A stretch of DNA of 64,000 nucleotides from Nitrospirota bacterium (lineage in GTDB: Bacteria > Nitrospirota > UBA9217), in NCBI GenBank assembly GCA_963754875.1, contig CAVWHO010000015.1, positions 96,001 through 160,000 of the forward strand, read 5' to 3'. Each line of letters opens with the position of its first letter. Positions within the stretch are counted from its first letter, which is position 1. The notes beneath the pieces are model-generated. The model was not told the DNA's origin. It ran no database searches and saw nothing but the letters and a program-made list of their open reading frames with translations. The position numbers were made by a program, and so were the translations under genes. Positions 20,933 through 33,152 of the stretch are shown in pieces.

Positions 20933-21994
20933 TTAATATCTAAGGAGGCTGATGATTTCCGCTTCTCGTTTCATGACATATTTTGCAATGCTCTCTTCAT
21001 CCCACGGGTGCGGCCTGATCTCTGCGCCATAATGGATCCCTTCCATGCTTTCCTTCTTATAGCGGAAGATGCCGGTCGTGAGAATGATCATGTCAGGATC
21101 GGGCAGCTGTATGGTGAGGCTGAAGACGCTGTCAACGGGGAAATGGCGAGGACAGATAAAAGCGATGCCCCTCGTGCTGATGTCGATGACCTTACACGCG
21201 GTCGTCGGTTCCCCGGGAGCGAAGACATACAGCGCTACGGGTTTCTTCTTGTTCGGCTGAATTCGGATGTCTTTTTTTATGAACAGGCGGTCCGGCAGCG
21301 AGGCGTGAATTTCCGTGTCCGAGGTCATCTGAATATCGACGATCGCTTCGTGGTTGAGCTGACGGAAGGTATAATATAATTTGAGTGGACTTCCTTTTTT
21401 CATGGCCTGAAGAAAAATCGCCTGTTTAAAACGGTTCAGAACGATGGAATCGTCCATGATCGCTTTTATTGCGCATATCCCGCGCGCGGCGACCGGCACA
21501 CCGTGTTCCTGGATATCCATGGCCACGATGACCGGAATTCCTTCCTTCTGGAGGTAGGCCAACTGCTTGCGGATGGTGGCGGCGTCCTCAACCGGTTTTG
21601 TATCTGCCGGAAGAATGGACGGAGCGAGAGGCGGAAGCACCGGAGGTAAGGAAACACGGTAATGCCGCGCCGTGAACAGGATATAGTGGACGATGTCGTA
21701 CACCGCTTCGCTGCCCATTTTTTTCAAATCCAGGACAAGGGCATTGAAGCGCTGCAGATCGGGCTCATACATGATCGGTTCGGGTGAAATGATGAGGATC
21801 GGGCTGACAATGCCCCGCTCCCTGGCCTCGGCGAGAAAGTTCAGATAATCATCATCGATGCCGACGACCGCGATATCGTCGGGCTCGGCATGGTGGAGAA
21901 ATATTTTTTTTATTTCATGGTCCGGCAGCAGCCGGACCGGTAGTTCCTCGATGGTAAAGAATTCACTGAGTTTTGGCGTGGTCCAAATCTGCAT
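20933..21994 (-). CDS. PilZ-domain (YcgR-like) protein
   Basis: C-terminal KKDIRIQP...DISTRGIAF...YGAEI PilZ pattern, preceded by a YcgR_N-like region. Confidence 0.8.
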   Translation of the reverse strand: MQIWTTPKLSEFFTIEELPVRLLPDHEIKKIFLHHAEPDDIAVVGIDDDYLNFLAEARERGIVSPILIISPEPIMYEPDLQRFNALVLDLKKMGSEAVYDIVHYILFTARHYRVSLPPVLPPLAPSILPADTKPVEDAATIRKQLAYLQKEGIPVIVAMDIQEHGVPVAARGICAIKAIMDDSIVLNRFKQAIFLQAMKKGSPLKLYYTFRQLNHEAIVDIQMTSDTEIHASLPDRLFIKKDIRIQPNKKKPVALYVFAPGEPTTACKVIDISTRGIAFICPRHFPVDSVFSLTIQLPDPDMIILTTGIFRYKKESMEGIHYGAEIRPHPWDEESIAKYVMKREAEIISLLRY

Positions 21995-22009
21995 ACACTA
22001 TTGTAGCAT

Positions 22010-22036
22010 ATATCGACGACGGCATAAAGTATTTTA
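22010..22036 (-). promoter_or_regulatory. sigma28 promoter of the PilZ gene
   Basis: TAAA-N15-GTCGATAT. Confidence 0.8.
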
Positions 22037-22043
22037 CGCGGCA

Positions 22044-23352
22044 CGAATTGACTCACAATAAATGTTACCCAAGCGCATTTTGAAAAGTATCGTTGACTCA
22101 TAATGCATGTTACCGGAACTATACCCCAAAAGGAGGGTTAGTTCTGATGAGCCCACGATCAAAACGAGAGTATCTGGCCGCAATCGTTAAACGGTACCGG
22201 GCCGCCTCCCGGCAGATAAAGACAACGATCCTGAACGAGTTCTGTTTAGCCTGCGGATATCACCGAAAACATGCTCTCAGGCTTCTGCGGACCTTTCGGC
22301 GATTTACTCAAAAGGTTCCGGCTAAGCGAGGCAGAAAACGGGTCTATGACGCTGAAACGCTTCTACTTCCCTTGAAACGCATCTGGAAGACAGCAAATCT
22401 GCCATGCTCAAAGCGCCTGAAAGCCATCCTCCCTGAATGGCTGCCGGGATATATCAAGACCTATGGCCCGATCTCTGAGGTGACGGCAGTGGCCCTGCTC
22501 AAAATATCTCCTTCGAGCATCGATAGGATATTGAACCCGGTCCGTGCACAGTATACCAAGCACGGCAGGGCCACAACCAAACCGGGTACGCTTTTAAGAA
22601 AGCATATCCAGGTCAAAACCAATCAATGGGATGAATCCCGGCCAGGCTTCATCGAAGCCGATACTGTAGCCCACTGCGGAAGCTCTACAGAGGGTATGTA
22701 CGCCAATACCGTCGATTGCGTGGACATCGCCACCGGCTGGACCGAGCAGCGCGCTGTTTGGGGCAAAAACTATCAGGGTGTCATTGACCAGATCAAGGAT
22801 ATCGAACAATCCCTGCCGTTCCCGATCCTGGGCTTTGATACGGACAACGGTACGGAGTTCTTAAACCATCACCTGCTTCGTTATCTGACCGAGAACAGGG
22901 TCCGGCCGGTTCAATTTACCCGAAGCCGTGCCTACAAAAAAGACGATAACGCTCATATCGAGCAGAAGAACTGGACCCATGTGAGACAATGGATTGGCTA
23001 CGATCGCTTGGGCTCTCCGGAGGTTGTTCCTCTCATGAATGAGCTCTACACATCAGAGTGGAGGCTGTTTCTGAACTTCTTCTGTCCTTCGGTAAAGCTG
23101 CTGGAAAAGAAACGAGTTGCCTCAAAGATCGTGAAACGCTATGATAAGCCCAAAACCCCTTATCGGAGAATCTTGGAGTCTCCCAATGTCTCCGATGAAA
23201 CAAAGCGTAAACTCAAAGAACAATATAAAACGCTAAACCCATTTGAACTGAGAAAAGTCTTGGAGGTTAAGCTTAAAAAGATCTTCAAACCGTAAAACTG
23301 AACCTATACCTACTTACTATCTTCCGGTAACATTTAATTATGAAGCAACTGG
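22044..23352 (+). mobile_element. insertion sequence, ISNCY (ISLbi1-like) integrase-core transposase
   Basis: Left end TTGACTCACAATAAATGTTACC (22048-22069) with an internal second copy at 22092-22118; right end is the reverse complement at 23322-23349; flanking GGCA(C) duplication. Group assignment is from memory of the family. Confidence 0.85.
22147..23295 (+). CDS. transposase (rve-like DDE)
   Basis: MSPRSKREYL..GYHRKHALRLL, PGFIEADTVAHCG, DTDNGTEF, KKDDNAHIEQKN; AAGGAGG RBS. Confidence 0.9.
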   Translation: MSPRSKREYLAAIVKRYRAASRQIKTTILNEFCLACGYHRKHALRLLRTFRRFTQKVPAKRGRKRVYDAETLLLPLKRIWKTANLPCSKRLKAILPEWLPGYIKTYGPISEVTAVALLKISPSSIDRILNPVRAQYTKHGRATTKPGTLLRKHIQVKTNQWDESRPGFIEADTVAHCGSSTEGMYANTVDCVDIATGWTEQRAVWGKNYQGVIDQIKDIEQSLPFPILGFDTDNGTEFLNHHLLRYLTENRVRPVQFTRSRAYKKDDNAHIEQKNWTHVRQWIGYDRLGSPEVVPLMNELYTSEWRLFLNFFCPSVKLLEKKRVASKIVKRYDKPKTPYRRILESPNVSDETKRKLKEQYKTLNPFELRKVLEVKLKKIFKP

Positions 23353-23440
23353 GGCACAAACGCGTCTGCGGCAGGTCTTCCCGAAGGGCACACACCCCGT
23401 GCATATCGCAGGGAACGGTTCGGATGCCGCAGCCGGGGGA

Positions 23441-23935
23441 TTATTGCTGATTTTTTTTGCTCGACAATCGTGGCCAGGCGTCGCGTGAGTGCTGCGGCCT
23501 TACGCGGCTCCATGACCGCGATGATCGCTCCGGCTTTTTTGCTTTTCATGCGGGTCATGATGCGTAGTGCCGTATCGTTGTCCATGGCGGAAATCCGCGC
23601 TGCCGCGTCTTCCGGAGGCATCACCTCATAGGCCTTGACCACGTTCTCGATCTTATCGCCTTTCACCTGCTCTACGCGTTTGAGCACGTGCTTCCATACG
23701 GGCCAGCAGCCGCGTATAGGTCTCGATCCTGGCTTCGACCTCTTTTTTCAACGCATTCAGTCTCACTTCATCGCGTTTGAGCGCTTCTTCTTTTTCCTTC
23801 AGCTCGACGCGCTTGGCTTCTATGACTTTGACCGGATCGTCCTGGGCAATGGCCGCAGATGCAATAAAACACAGACGGCGGCAAGAGACTAGCAGGAAAC
23901 AGAATGTGTCCGTTGTTCACTGCGACTGCTGTCAT
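23441..23935 (-). CDS. MotE/MgtE_N-like flagellar protein (frameshifted)
   Basis: Coiled coil (EAKRVELKEKEEALKRDE), then VKAYEVMPPEDAAARI..MKSKKAGAIIAVMEPRKAA; follows fliJ; frame changes near 23870 and 23690. Confidence 0.75.
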
Positions 23936-24406
23936 TCCGGCTTCTGCTCCCTGCTGTTCATTCTTCTCATGTTCCCGGCCTTTCTGCAGAGAAACGTAAA
24001 GTCTGCTTCCTTCTGCTCGCCTGCGACGATCTCTTTGTCCTGCTCGTGGACGATCTTGTCGTGCAGTTTTTCAAAGAGGCGCTGTTCCTTAAAGGCCTCC
24101 ACCATGGCTTTCTGTTTCTGATCCACTTCCGCGGCGCGAACTGCGACAACGCTCTTCTGTTGGTCGATCTGCTTGGCGAGGTGTTTTAAATAGGTATCGA
24201 ACAGCTCGATCTCGGTCGCCTGGATGGCGCCCACCTGTTTCCGCGCAAGGTCGGCGCTCGTTTTTTTATACTCCCGGTCCAGCTCGTCGAGCTTCAGCCT
24301 GCTCGGCGTTCAGCCGCTCCTGCGCCTTCCTGACCTCTGCTTCGAGCTGCTCTTTGTTGAATTCCTTGATCTCGATGATCTTGGACACCATCTTTTCTTT
24401 CGTCAT
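23932..24406 (-). CDS. fliJ: flagellar export chaperone FliJ (frameshift ~24300)
   Basis: Located after fliI; coiled coil; EQRLFEKL..EQKEAD. Confidence 0.8.
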
Positions 24407-25726
24407 GGTTTGCCCCCCGCGTTCTCAAACAGGAGGTAGAGGCCCTGCAGGCTGTCGGCAAAATCGCGCCGCTCGTTCATTCCCTGCTTGAGGTACGTCC
24501 GAAGCTTGTCGTAGAGTCTTGATTGCCTGGTCCACTTTCGGATTGGAGCCTTCCTTGTAAGCGCCGAGGTTGATCATGTCTTCCACTTTCTTGTAGGTTG
24601 CCATGGTTTCCACGAACCGCGAGGCAAGTTCCTTGTGTCGTGCGTCCACGATATCGGGCATGAGCCTGCTGATGCTCTGGAGCACGTCGATCGCCGGGTA
24701 ATGGCTTTCCATGGCCAGCTCGCGCGACAGGACGATGTGGCCGTCGAGAATCGACCGGGCCGAATCTGCCACGGGATCGGACATGTCGTCGCCTTCCACG
24801 AGCACCGTGTACAGGCCGGTGATGCTGCCGCTTTCCCTCGGAGGTGCCGACCCGCTCGAGGAGCTTGGGAAGCAGCGCAAACACGGAGGGCGTGTAGCCC
24901 TTCGAGGTGGGCGGTTCGCCCGTGGCAAGGCCGATCTCGCGCTGCGCCATGGCCACGCGGGTCAGGGAATCCATGAGCAGCAGCACGTCGCTTCCCCTGG
25001 TCCCGGAAATATTCTGCAATGGCCGTCGCGGCGAGGGCGCCCCGCACTTTGGCCAGCGGCGGCTGTTCGGACGTCGAGACGACGATCACCGATTTTTTTA
25101 TGCCTTCTTCGCCCAGGTCCTTCTCGATGAACTCGCGCACTTCCCGTCCGCGCTCGCCGATCATCGCGATCACGTTCACCGACGCCGCCGTATACCGCGC
25201 CATCATCCCGAGCAGCACGCTCTTGCCCACGCCGGAGCCCGCCATGATCCCGATGCGCTGTCCCTTGCCGCAGGTCAGAAGGCCGTTGATCGAACGGATG
25301 CCGAGGTCGATCGGCTGGGAGATCCGCTGCCGCTTCAAGGGGTGCGGCGTAAGGGAGTACAGCGGGTATTCCCTGCCCACGATGGGTCCCTTCCCGTCGA
25401 TGGGCTCCCCGCGGTCGTTGATCACCCGTCCGATGAGCGCCTGGGACACGCGCACGGAAACCTTTTTCCCGATGGGCAGGACCCTGCTGCCGGCCTTGAT
25501 CTCGGAGAGATCTCCGACGGCCATGAGCAGCACTTTCCCGTCCCGGAAGCCGACGACTTCGGCGTCGAGTTCAACGTGCTCGGAAAGGATCCGGCACGAT
25601 TCGCCGATGCTCGCCTTCACTCCCGTTGCCTTGATGATGATGCCCGGTGATCTCGATGACCCGTCCGTAGACCTTCATCGGCTCGGTTTCGGGGACGGCC
25701 TTGATATAGGAAGACAGATCAATCAT
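24403..25726 (-). CDS. fliI: flagellar export ATPase FliI (about four frameshifts)
   Basis: [53 protein letters not shown] spread across frames. Confidence 0.92.
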
Positions 25727-25849
25727 GGTTTAATCCCGATGGACGACAAGCGATCATTCGCTTCGCTCACGGTGACGATGGGCGTATTCGTTCACTGCTC
25801 GTCTCGTCCCTCGTCTCTCGTCCCTCGTCCTTCTCTCTTTCTCACATTC

Positions 25850-26438
25850 TTACCCCTGGGCATGGTGCGCGCTCAGGTCCTTGATCAGGTTCTTCAACTG
25901 CTCGTCCAGGTCGGTCACCACGTCCTCCACCGGCCCCATCACGACGGTGCCGAACGGGGAAACCGAGGGATCGACATCAAATACGATGTCGGGATGGATC
26001 CGCGTCAGATCGGGCTTGTGCTTCATGAAAAACTCGTAGAGCGCGGGGTTCACCTTGATCGTGATCTGCCCCGTCCGCTCGAGCTTCAGGAGCCCCTCTT
26101 TCGTCATCTTGACGATCTCCGTCGGCTGGACGGTCAGTTCCTTCACGACGATCTTCCGTGCGATGCTGACGGAAAGTTCGACGCATTGCGTCTCCATTTC
26201 CTTCAGCGATCCGCTGTCGCAGCGTCGTGACGTCGGCCAGCAGGGCGTCCAGCTTGTCGATCAGCACCTTCGCTTTCTTTTCGCCCATGTCGAAGCCGGC
26301 TTTTTCGCCCGTCGCATACCCTTTCTCGTAGGCTTCCCGCTCGATGCGGTCCGCGCCGTGGCCCACGATAAAATCATCCTTGAGCGCCGGCATATCGAAA
26401 CGGGCGAGTGCCGCGTCCTGTCTGATCCGTTTAGACAA
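25850..26438 (-). CDS. fliH: FliH (frameshift ~26200)
   Basis: EAYEKGYATGEKAGFDMG GxxxG repeats; IARKIV, KVNP. Confidence 0.85.
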
Positions 26439-27415
26439 CAACTTCTTCACCGCCTCTCCCGGCAAGGACGATCTTGCCGTCCGTCTCCAGTTTCCTGGCG
26501 ACCTTCACGATGTTCTGCTGCGCCTTTTCCACGTCGGACAGCTTGACCGGTCCCCGCGTCTGCATGTCTTCCTTCAGGATCTGCGCCGCGCGCTGAGACA
26601 TATTCTTGAAGATCTTCTCTTTGAGCGCCTCCGACGCCGTCTTGAGCGCCAGTGCCAGTTCATCGGTCCCCGTCTCCTTCAGGATCATCTGAATGCCGCG
26701 GTCGTCCACCTTGACCAGGTCGTCGAACACGAACATGAGTTTTCGGATCGAGTCGGCAAGTATGTTGTTCTGCTCGTCGATCCTGCCCAGGACCGATTGC
26801 TCCGTGGACCGGTCGCACTGGTTCAGGATCTCGGCGATGGCCTTGGTGCCGCCCATGCGCAGGCCTTTGCTCTTGCCCATTTCGAGCTGCCCTTTCAGCA
26901 CTTCTTTGAGCTCTTCGATGGCGTGCTCCGGGATCCGGTCGGTCGAAGCGATCCGCATCGCGACGTCGGACTTGATGGTGTCCGGCAGGGCGGAGAGCAC
27001 TTCCGCGGCCTGCTGGGGTTCGAGCAGACAGATGATGAGCGCGATGGTCTGGGGATGTTCTGATATGAGGAAGTTGACAAGGGTCTTGGCATCGACCCAG
27101 CGCAGGGATTCGAGCGGCCCCTCTTTGGACGCCAGTTCCATGATCTTCAGCGCGCCGTCCTCGCCCAGTCCTTTCGAAAGGACTTTTTTAACGAATTCGG
27201 CGCCGCCCACGCGGACGTCGCCGCGGTTGACACTTTCCGCCACCTCTTTCAGAACATTATCGATCGTGTCCCGTCGAAAGGGTCTTGAGCCGCGTCATGT
27301 ACATCGTGATCCTGCCGATGTCCTTGACATCGAGACCTTTCAGGACTTCGGCTGCCGCATCTTCGCCGAGGGAGCTCAAAAATACCGCGGCTTTTTCATA
27401 ACCACTCAAAGGCAT
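26431..27415 (-). CDS. fliG: motor switch FliG (frameshift ~27270)
   Basis: GYEKAAVFL, EHPQTIA, MFVFDDL, KNMSQRAA, DVEKAQ. Confidence 0.92.
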
Positions 27416-27483
27416 GCCCCACTCCTTACCCGGCTCTCTTTGTCGCTGTACTCTGAACCCTGTATACTTTGAACTCTGCACTA

Positions 27484-29039
27484 TTATTTCTCTTCCAGCC
27501 ATCCCTTGATGAGGTTCGTCGCATCTTTCGGATTCTTCTTGGCCCAATCGGTCAGCTGCTCGCGGGACGACCGGTCCGGGGCCGGGATCGCCCTCTGCAT
27601 GTCGCCGCCTGCAGCCTGCGGCAGGCTGAGCTGCTGTTGCGGCAGGGAGAGCGGCGATGGTTCGGTCAGCGTCTTCATGAGCGGTTTTATGACGAACAAG
27701 AAACAGCAGCACGACCCCGATGAGCGGAACAACATACTTCGAAGCGGTCATCACTGTCGGCATGACCTGTGATGGCGCCTGCGCCTCTTCCATCTCTTCC
27801 TGCGGAACGACCTCAAAGGGCAGATTCACGACCTTGACCTCGTCACCCCGGTCCGCGCTGAAGCCGACCGCCTTCTTTACCATGTCCTCGAACTGCCGCA
27901 CTTCGTCTTCGGTGCGGGGAGCGTACTTTTTCTCCGTTGAGCCCTGTACAGCTGCATAGGTCCCGTCCACGAGCACGACCGCGGAAAGTTTTTTAATCTC
28001 ACCGGTCGGACTGACCACGTGGCTTACGGTCTTGGTGAGCTCATAGTTGATGGTCTCGCTCTTTTTTTCCGATACCGCCGGTGTGCCCGGCAGGGCCGCT
28101 GCGGTCTGCTGCCGCCCCGGAAGGTTCGAGGCAACGCCGGGAACGCCGCCGCTCGTCCCGCCGGTGGATTTTTCCGTGCTCCGCTGCTCGCTCCTCGCCA
28201 CCTGGCTGTCGGGATCGTATTTTTCTTCTGTTTTTTCCGTCTTCGTAAAATCGAAGCTTGCGGCCACCCTCACTTTTACCTTGCCCTTACCCACGACCGG
28301 TTCGAGCATGCTGATGACCTTGGCCTCTACATCGCGTTCGTAGTTCCGCTGATACTCGAACTGGCCGCCGGATTCGGCAAAGTTTTCGTCGACAACGGAC
28401 GTGAGCATATCGCCGTTGTTGTTCACCACGGTCACGTCCTTCGGCGTCAAGCCCTTCGATGCTGCTCGATACGAGATGGACGATGCCCTGGACCTGGGAT
28501 TGCGAGAGCCTTCTGCCCGGCCGGAGCTTCAGGAGCACCGAAGCTTTCGGTTTATCGTCCTTCTGCACAAAGAGCGATTTTTCCGGGACCGCCAGATGGA
28601 CCCGGCACTGCTCGACTTCTGCCAGGGACCGGATCGTCCGCTGGAGTTCTCCCTCGAGGGCCCGGCGATAGTTCAGCTTCTGCACAAAGTCGGTCATCGT
28701 GAAGCTTGTCTTGTCGAAAAGCTCATACCCGACCCCGCCGCCCTGGGGCAGACCCTGGCTCGCCAGCTGAAGCCTGACTTCATACACCTTATCGGCCGGC
28801 ACCATGATCCCGCCTGCTGACGCGGTATAGGGGATCTTCTGCTCGTTCAGCTTCTGGATGATGGCGCCGGCATCTTCCTCGCTCAAATTCGCGAAGAGGA
28901 GCTGCTGGTCCGCCTTCTGCGACCACGTCATCAGAAGGATGCCTGCGGCGCTCACGAGCGCAAGCACGATGAGCAGCGCAAAAATTTTTTTCATCGGTAA
29001 CGTTTCGTATCTGTTCGCCAACGTCTGCCATAGCTTCAC
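27484..29039 (-). CDS. fliF: MS-ring FliF (frameshifts ~28450 and ~27700)
   Basis: GLPQGGGVGYELFD, ALEGEL, GVPGVASN, GFSADRGD motifs. Confidence 0.92.
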
Positions 29040-29053
29040 CTCATACGAAAAGT

Positions 29054-29146
29054 AGTACAGAGTTCATAGTTCAGAGTTCATAGTAAAAATCCCAATCTTG
29101 CGGCTTATACGCTCTACTCTGAACTTTGAACTTTGTACTCTGAACT
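29054..29146. repeat. inverted array of 7-bp tandem repeats (AGTTCAN / NTGAACT)
   Basis: AGTACAG AGTTCAT AGTTCAG AGTTCAT ... CTGAACT TTGAACT TTGTACT CTGAACT between fliE and fliF. Confidence 0.8.
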
Positions 29147-29153
29147 AGCTCAT

Positions 29154-29444
29154 TTACACCTGCATGTTCATGACGGTCTGGTACGCGGAGATCAGTTTGT
29201 TCCTGACCTCGACCATAAGCTGAAAATTCATGTCGGCTTTTTCCATGGAGAGGATCGCTTCGGTCGGGTCTCCGCCTGATGCCAGTTCCTTCACTGCCTT
29301 GTCGGCATCGGTCTGCACCTGCGAAATCTTGCCGATCGCCTCCTGCATCATTTCATCAAAGCCCGAAGCCGGTTCTTTTCCCGCCGGCTTGACCTGGGGC
29401 AGCCCCTGGCCCATGCTCGCACCGTTGATCTTAATGTCACTCAT
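29154..29444 (-). CDS. fliE: FliE
   Basis: EKADMNFQLMVEVRNKLISAYQTVMNMQV. Confidence 0.95.
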   Translation of the reverse strand: MSDIKINGASMGQGLPQVKPAGKEPASGFDEMMQEAIGKISQVQTDADKAVKELASGGDPTEAILSMEKADMNFQLMVEVRNKLISAYQTVMNMQV

Positions 29445-29495
29445 TTCCCGCCTCCCAACATCTATTCCGCAATCCGAAAATTCCACATTCATTTC

Positions 29496-29909
29496 TTACA
29501 CACTCCCGAGTTCCAGCGTTTTTGAAAACATGGCTTTCGACATGTTGAATGCCGATACGGAGGCCTCGTAGGCCCGCGATGCCATCATCATGTTCACCAT
29601 CTCTTCGATGATATTCACGTTCGGCATCGCCACGAAGCCGTCCTTGTCCGCGTCGGGGTGGGACGGATCGTACTGCATCTTGAAGGGGGAATCGTCCTTC
29701 ACGATGCTGCTCACTTTCACCCCCGTGAGGCCGTCCTGGCCCGATGCCAGGGGGTCCGTGGTAAACACCACGTCCTGCCTGCGATAGGGCCCGCCCTCGG
29801 CCGAACTCGTGGAATGAGCGTTCGCCATGTTGGAAGCAATGACGTTCATCCTCTGCCGTTGTGCCGCGAGCGCTGAAGCGCTTACCGAAAATACTCCGAA
29901 CGAATCCAT
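29496..29909 (-). CDS. flgC: basal-body rod FlgC
   Basis: NMANA, PYRRQ, YDPSHPDA, MPNVN..EM..ASRAYEA. Confidence 0.96.
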   Translation of the reverse strand: MDSFGVFSVSASALAAQRQRMNVIASNMANAHSTSSAEGGPYRRQDVVFTTDPLASGQDGLTGVKVSSIVKDDSPFKMQYDPSHPDADKDGFVAMPNVNIIEEMVNMMMASRAYEASVSAFNMSKAMFSKTLELGSV

Positions 29910-30014
29910 TTTGTCACCTCACTGTACCAAGCCGGTGAATCGGAGAACCAGGGACGGGGAGGATGAGCCATCCCTCGATCTCCCGATTCATCGGTTTCCT
30001 GATGCGAAATTTTT

Positions 30015-30383
30015 CTATGCCGTCTTGAGCGCGTTCTTGAACATCTGGATCTTTTTCTTGAGCAGGGTGATCCCCGCTTCGAAGAGCATGGCGTTCTCCG
30101 TCATCTTCGCCACTTCCTGGTCCATTTCCACGTTGTTCTTGTCGGCCCAGGGCTTCGTATCCTCTTCCTGGACCTCGCCGGACGCGTTTCCCCCTGATCC
30201 GGCCTGCAGGTGTCTCGCGTCGGTAATGGTCATGCTCATCTCATTGCCAAGGACCTGGCTGAACTTGACGTCCTTTGCCCGGTAATTCGGCGTATCTACG
30301 TTCGCAATGTTCGAGGTAAGGACGTCGTTCCGTATACTGGCTTGCCGGACAAGCCGTTCCAATACGTTCATGCCGTCAGACAT
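30015..30383 (-). CDS. flgB: basal-body rod FlgB
   Basis: NIANVDTPNYRAKDV, DKNNVEMDQE. Confidence 0.96.
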   Translation of the reverse strand: MSDGMNVLERLVRQASIRNDVLTSNIANVDTPNYRAKDVKFSQVLGNEMSMTITDARHLQAGSGGNASGEVQEEDTKPWADKNNVEMDQEVAKMTENAMLFEAGITLLKKKIQMFKNALKTA

Positions 30384-30407
30384 AGGTCCCTCCTGCTGAC
30401 TTTACAA

Positions 30408-30422
30408 TCAATAACCGTGCCA
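30408..30422 (-). promoter_or_regulatory. sigma54 promoter of the flgB operon
   Basis: TGGCAC-ggtta-TTGA (non-canonical -12), 25 nt before the ATG. Confidence 0.7.
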
Positions 30423-30554
30423 GAGTGCTGCCTGGGAATGCGGGAATTCGGAGAATCGCGAAATTCGGGAGAAAACCCGGAGTATCATCAGTGTTCAATT
30501 TTTTTCTAAACTCCGCATTTCCCCTCTCTCCGCATTCCGCAGCAGGAATTTCTT

Positions 30555-31861
<1,307 letters not shown>

Positions 31862-31930
31862 CGCTTTGCTCCTTTACTTCCGGGGGCTCCGGTCGACGGG
31901 AAAACACGTTTCCATCTGGTCAATCGTCGG

Positions 31931-33150
31931 CTAAACTTCCGCGCCAACGCATACTCCCGTCCGCTTCTCCGCGGCCGTTGCTGCTCCGTGATTGGTCCTT
32001 TCCTGAACGACGGGAAAGCAAAGCCGGAAGGCGCTGCCCTTGCCCGGCTCGCTCGTTACTTTGATGTAGCCGCCGACGGACCTGCATGATGTTTGACGCT
32101 ATCACGAGGCCGAGGCCCGTTCCGCTGTCCTTTGTCGTGAAGAACGGGTCGAAGATGCGCTCCAGGTCCTGGCGGGGTATGCCGCATCCCGTGTCATTGA
32201 TGCTCACCACGACCGTATCTTTGCCCCTCTCCAGGCGAACATCGATAGCGCCGCCGTCCGGCATGGCCTGGATCGCATTGATCATGATGTTCATGAAAAC
32301 CTGCTTCAGCAGTTCGGCATCGCCGGACAGCTCGCATGCGGTCATCGCTGTGGAGAGCCGCACGTTCCGCGAGTCCATCATCGGCTGGAGCAGGCGCACG
32401 GATTCTGTCGATAACGCTATCGAGCCGCATGGCTTTGAGCGCCGGCTTGTTCGGCCGCGCGAAGAAGAGCATATTGGTCAGGATCGTATTGAGGCTGCCG
32501 ATGCCCGCCGTTATGCCCTGCGCAAGGTCCTTGTGCGAGGTCGTCGTGAGTTCTTTTTCAAGCATGCTCGCGAAGAGTTCGATGCTGCACAGCGGGTTTC
32601 GGATCTCATGCACGAGTTTGGCGGCCATTTCGCCCATGGAGATCAACCGCTGGTTCCGTTCGTGCCGGAGTTCGAGCTCCCGAAGCCGGGTGATGTCCTT
32701 GATTAGAATTACCCGTCCCTGGAGACATCCCTCGGCATCGACGACGTCGGAGCGGGACAGGATGACCGTATAGCGCTTACCACCCGCTTCCAGCACGGTG
32801 TCCGTGTCCTCCGTGGTCAGAGAGAATTCGATCGCAGCAACGGGCTTGCCTACGGCCTCGGCAACGGAAGTCTGGAGGAGTTTTTCTGCCGACCGGTTCA
32901 TCGTGGTCACCCGTCCGTCGGGGCCCGCCGCGACGATCGCTTCTTCGAGATTGTAGAGGATGGCCTTGAGATAGTCCTTGTTCCGCTCCGCATCGGCAAG
33001 GGCGTCGTTCAGCTGCCTGTTTTTGATTTCGAGTTCGTTGGACAGGTGGGCGATCCGGTCCTTCAGCTCTCCGTAATACGTTTCGAGGCTCTTCGATGCT
33101 GCGGCAAACGTCTGGAATGCTTCATTCAACTGGTCGATCTTCATCAGCAC
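31931..33150 (-). CDS. PAS sensor histidine kinase, FleS/FlrB-like (frameshifts ~32405 and ~32080)
   Basis: LVHEIRNP H-box; NAIQAM, DTGCG, PFFTTK, GTGLGL. Confidence 0.88.
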
Positions 33151-33152
33151 AC

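Noticed and set aside
22092..22120. dif/Xer-like appearance (CATAA-N6-TTA)
   Set aside because: The XerD arm is poor, and the sequence matches the IS terminal repeats at 22048 and 23322.
27257..28450. Apparent FliF-FliG fusion in the ORF track
   Set aside because: It is produced by a frameshift near 27700. The true FliF C-terminus is in ORF 27484-27735, and fliG has its own ATG and RBS at 27415.
29054..29146. Short repeat arrays as a CRISPR
   Set aside because: The units are 7 bp with no spacers, and there are no cas genes.
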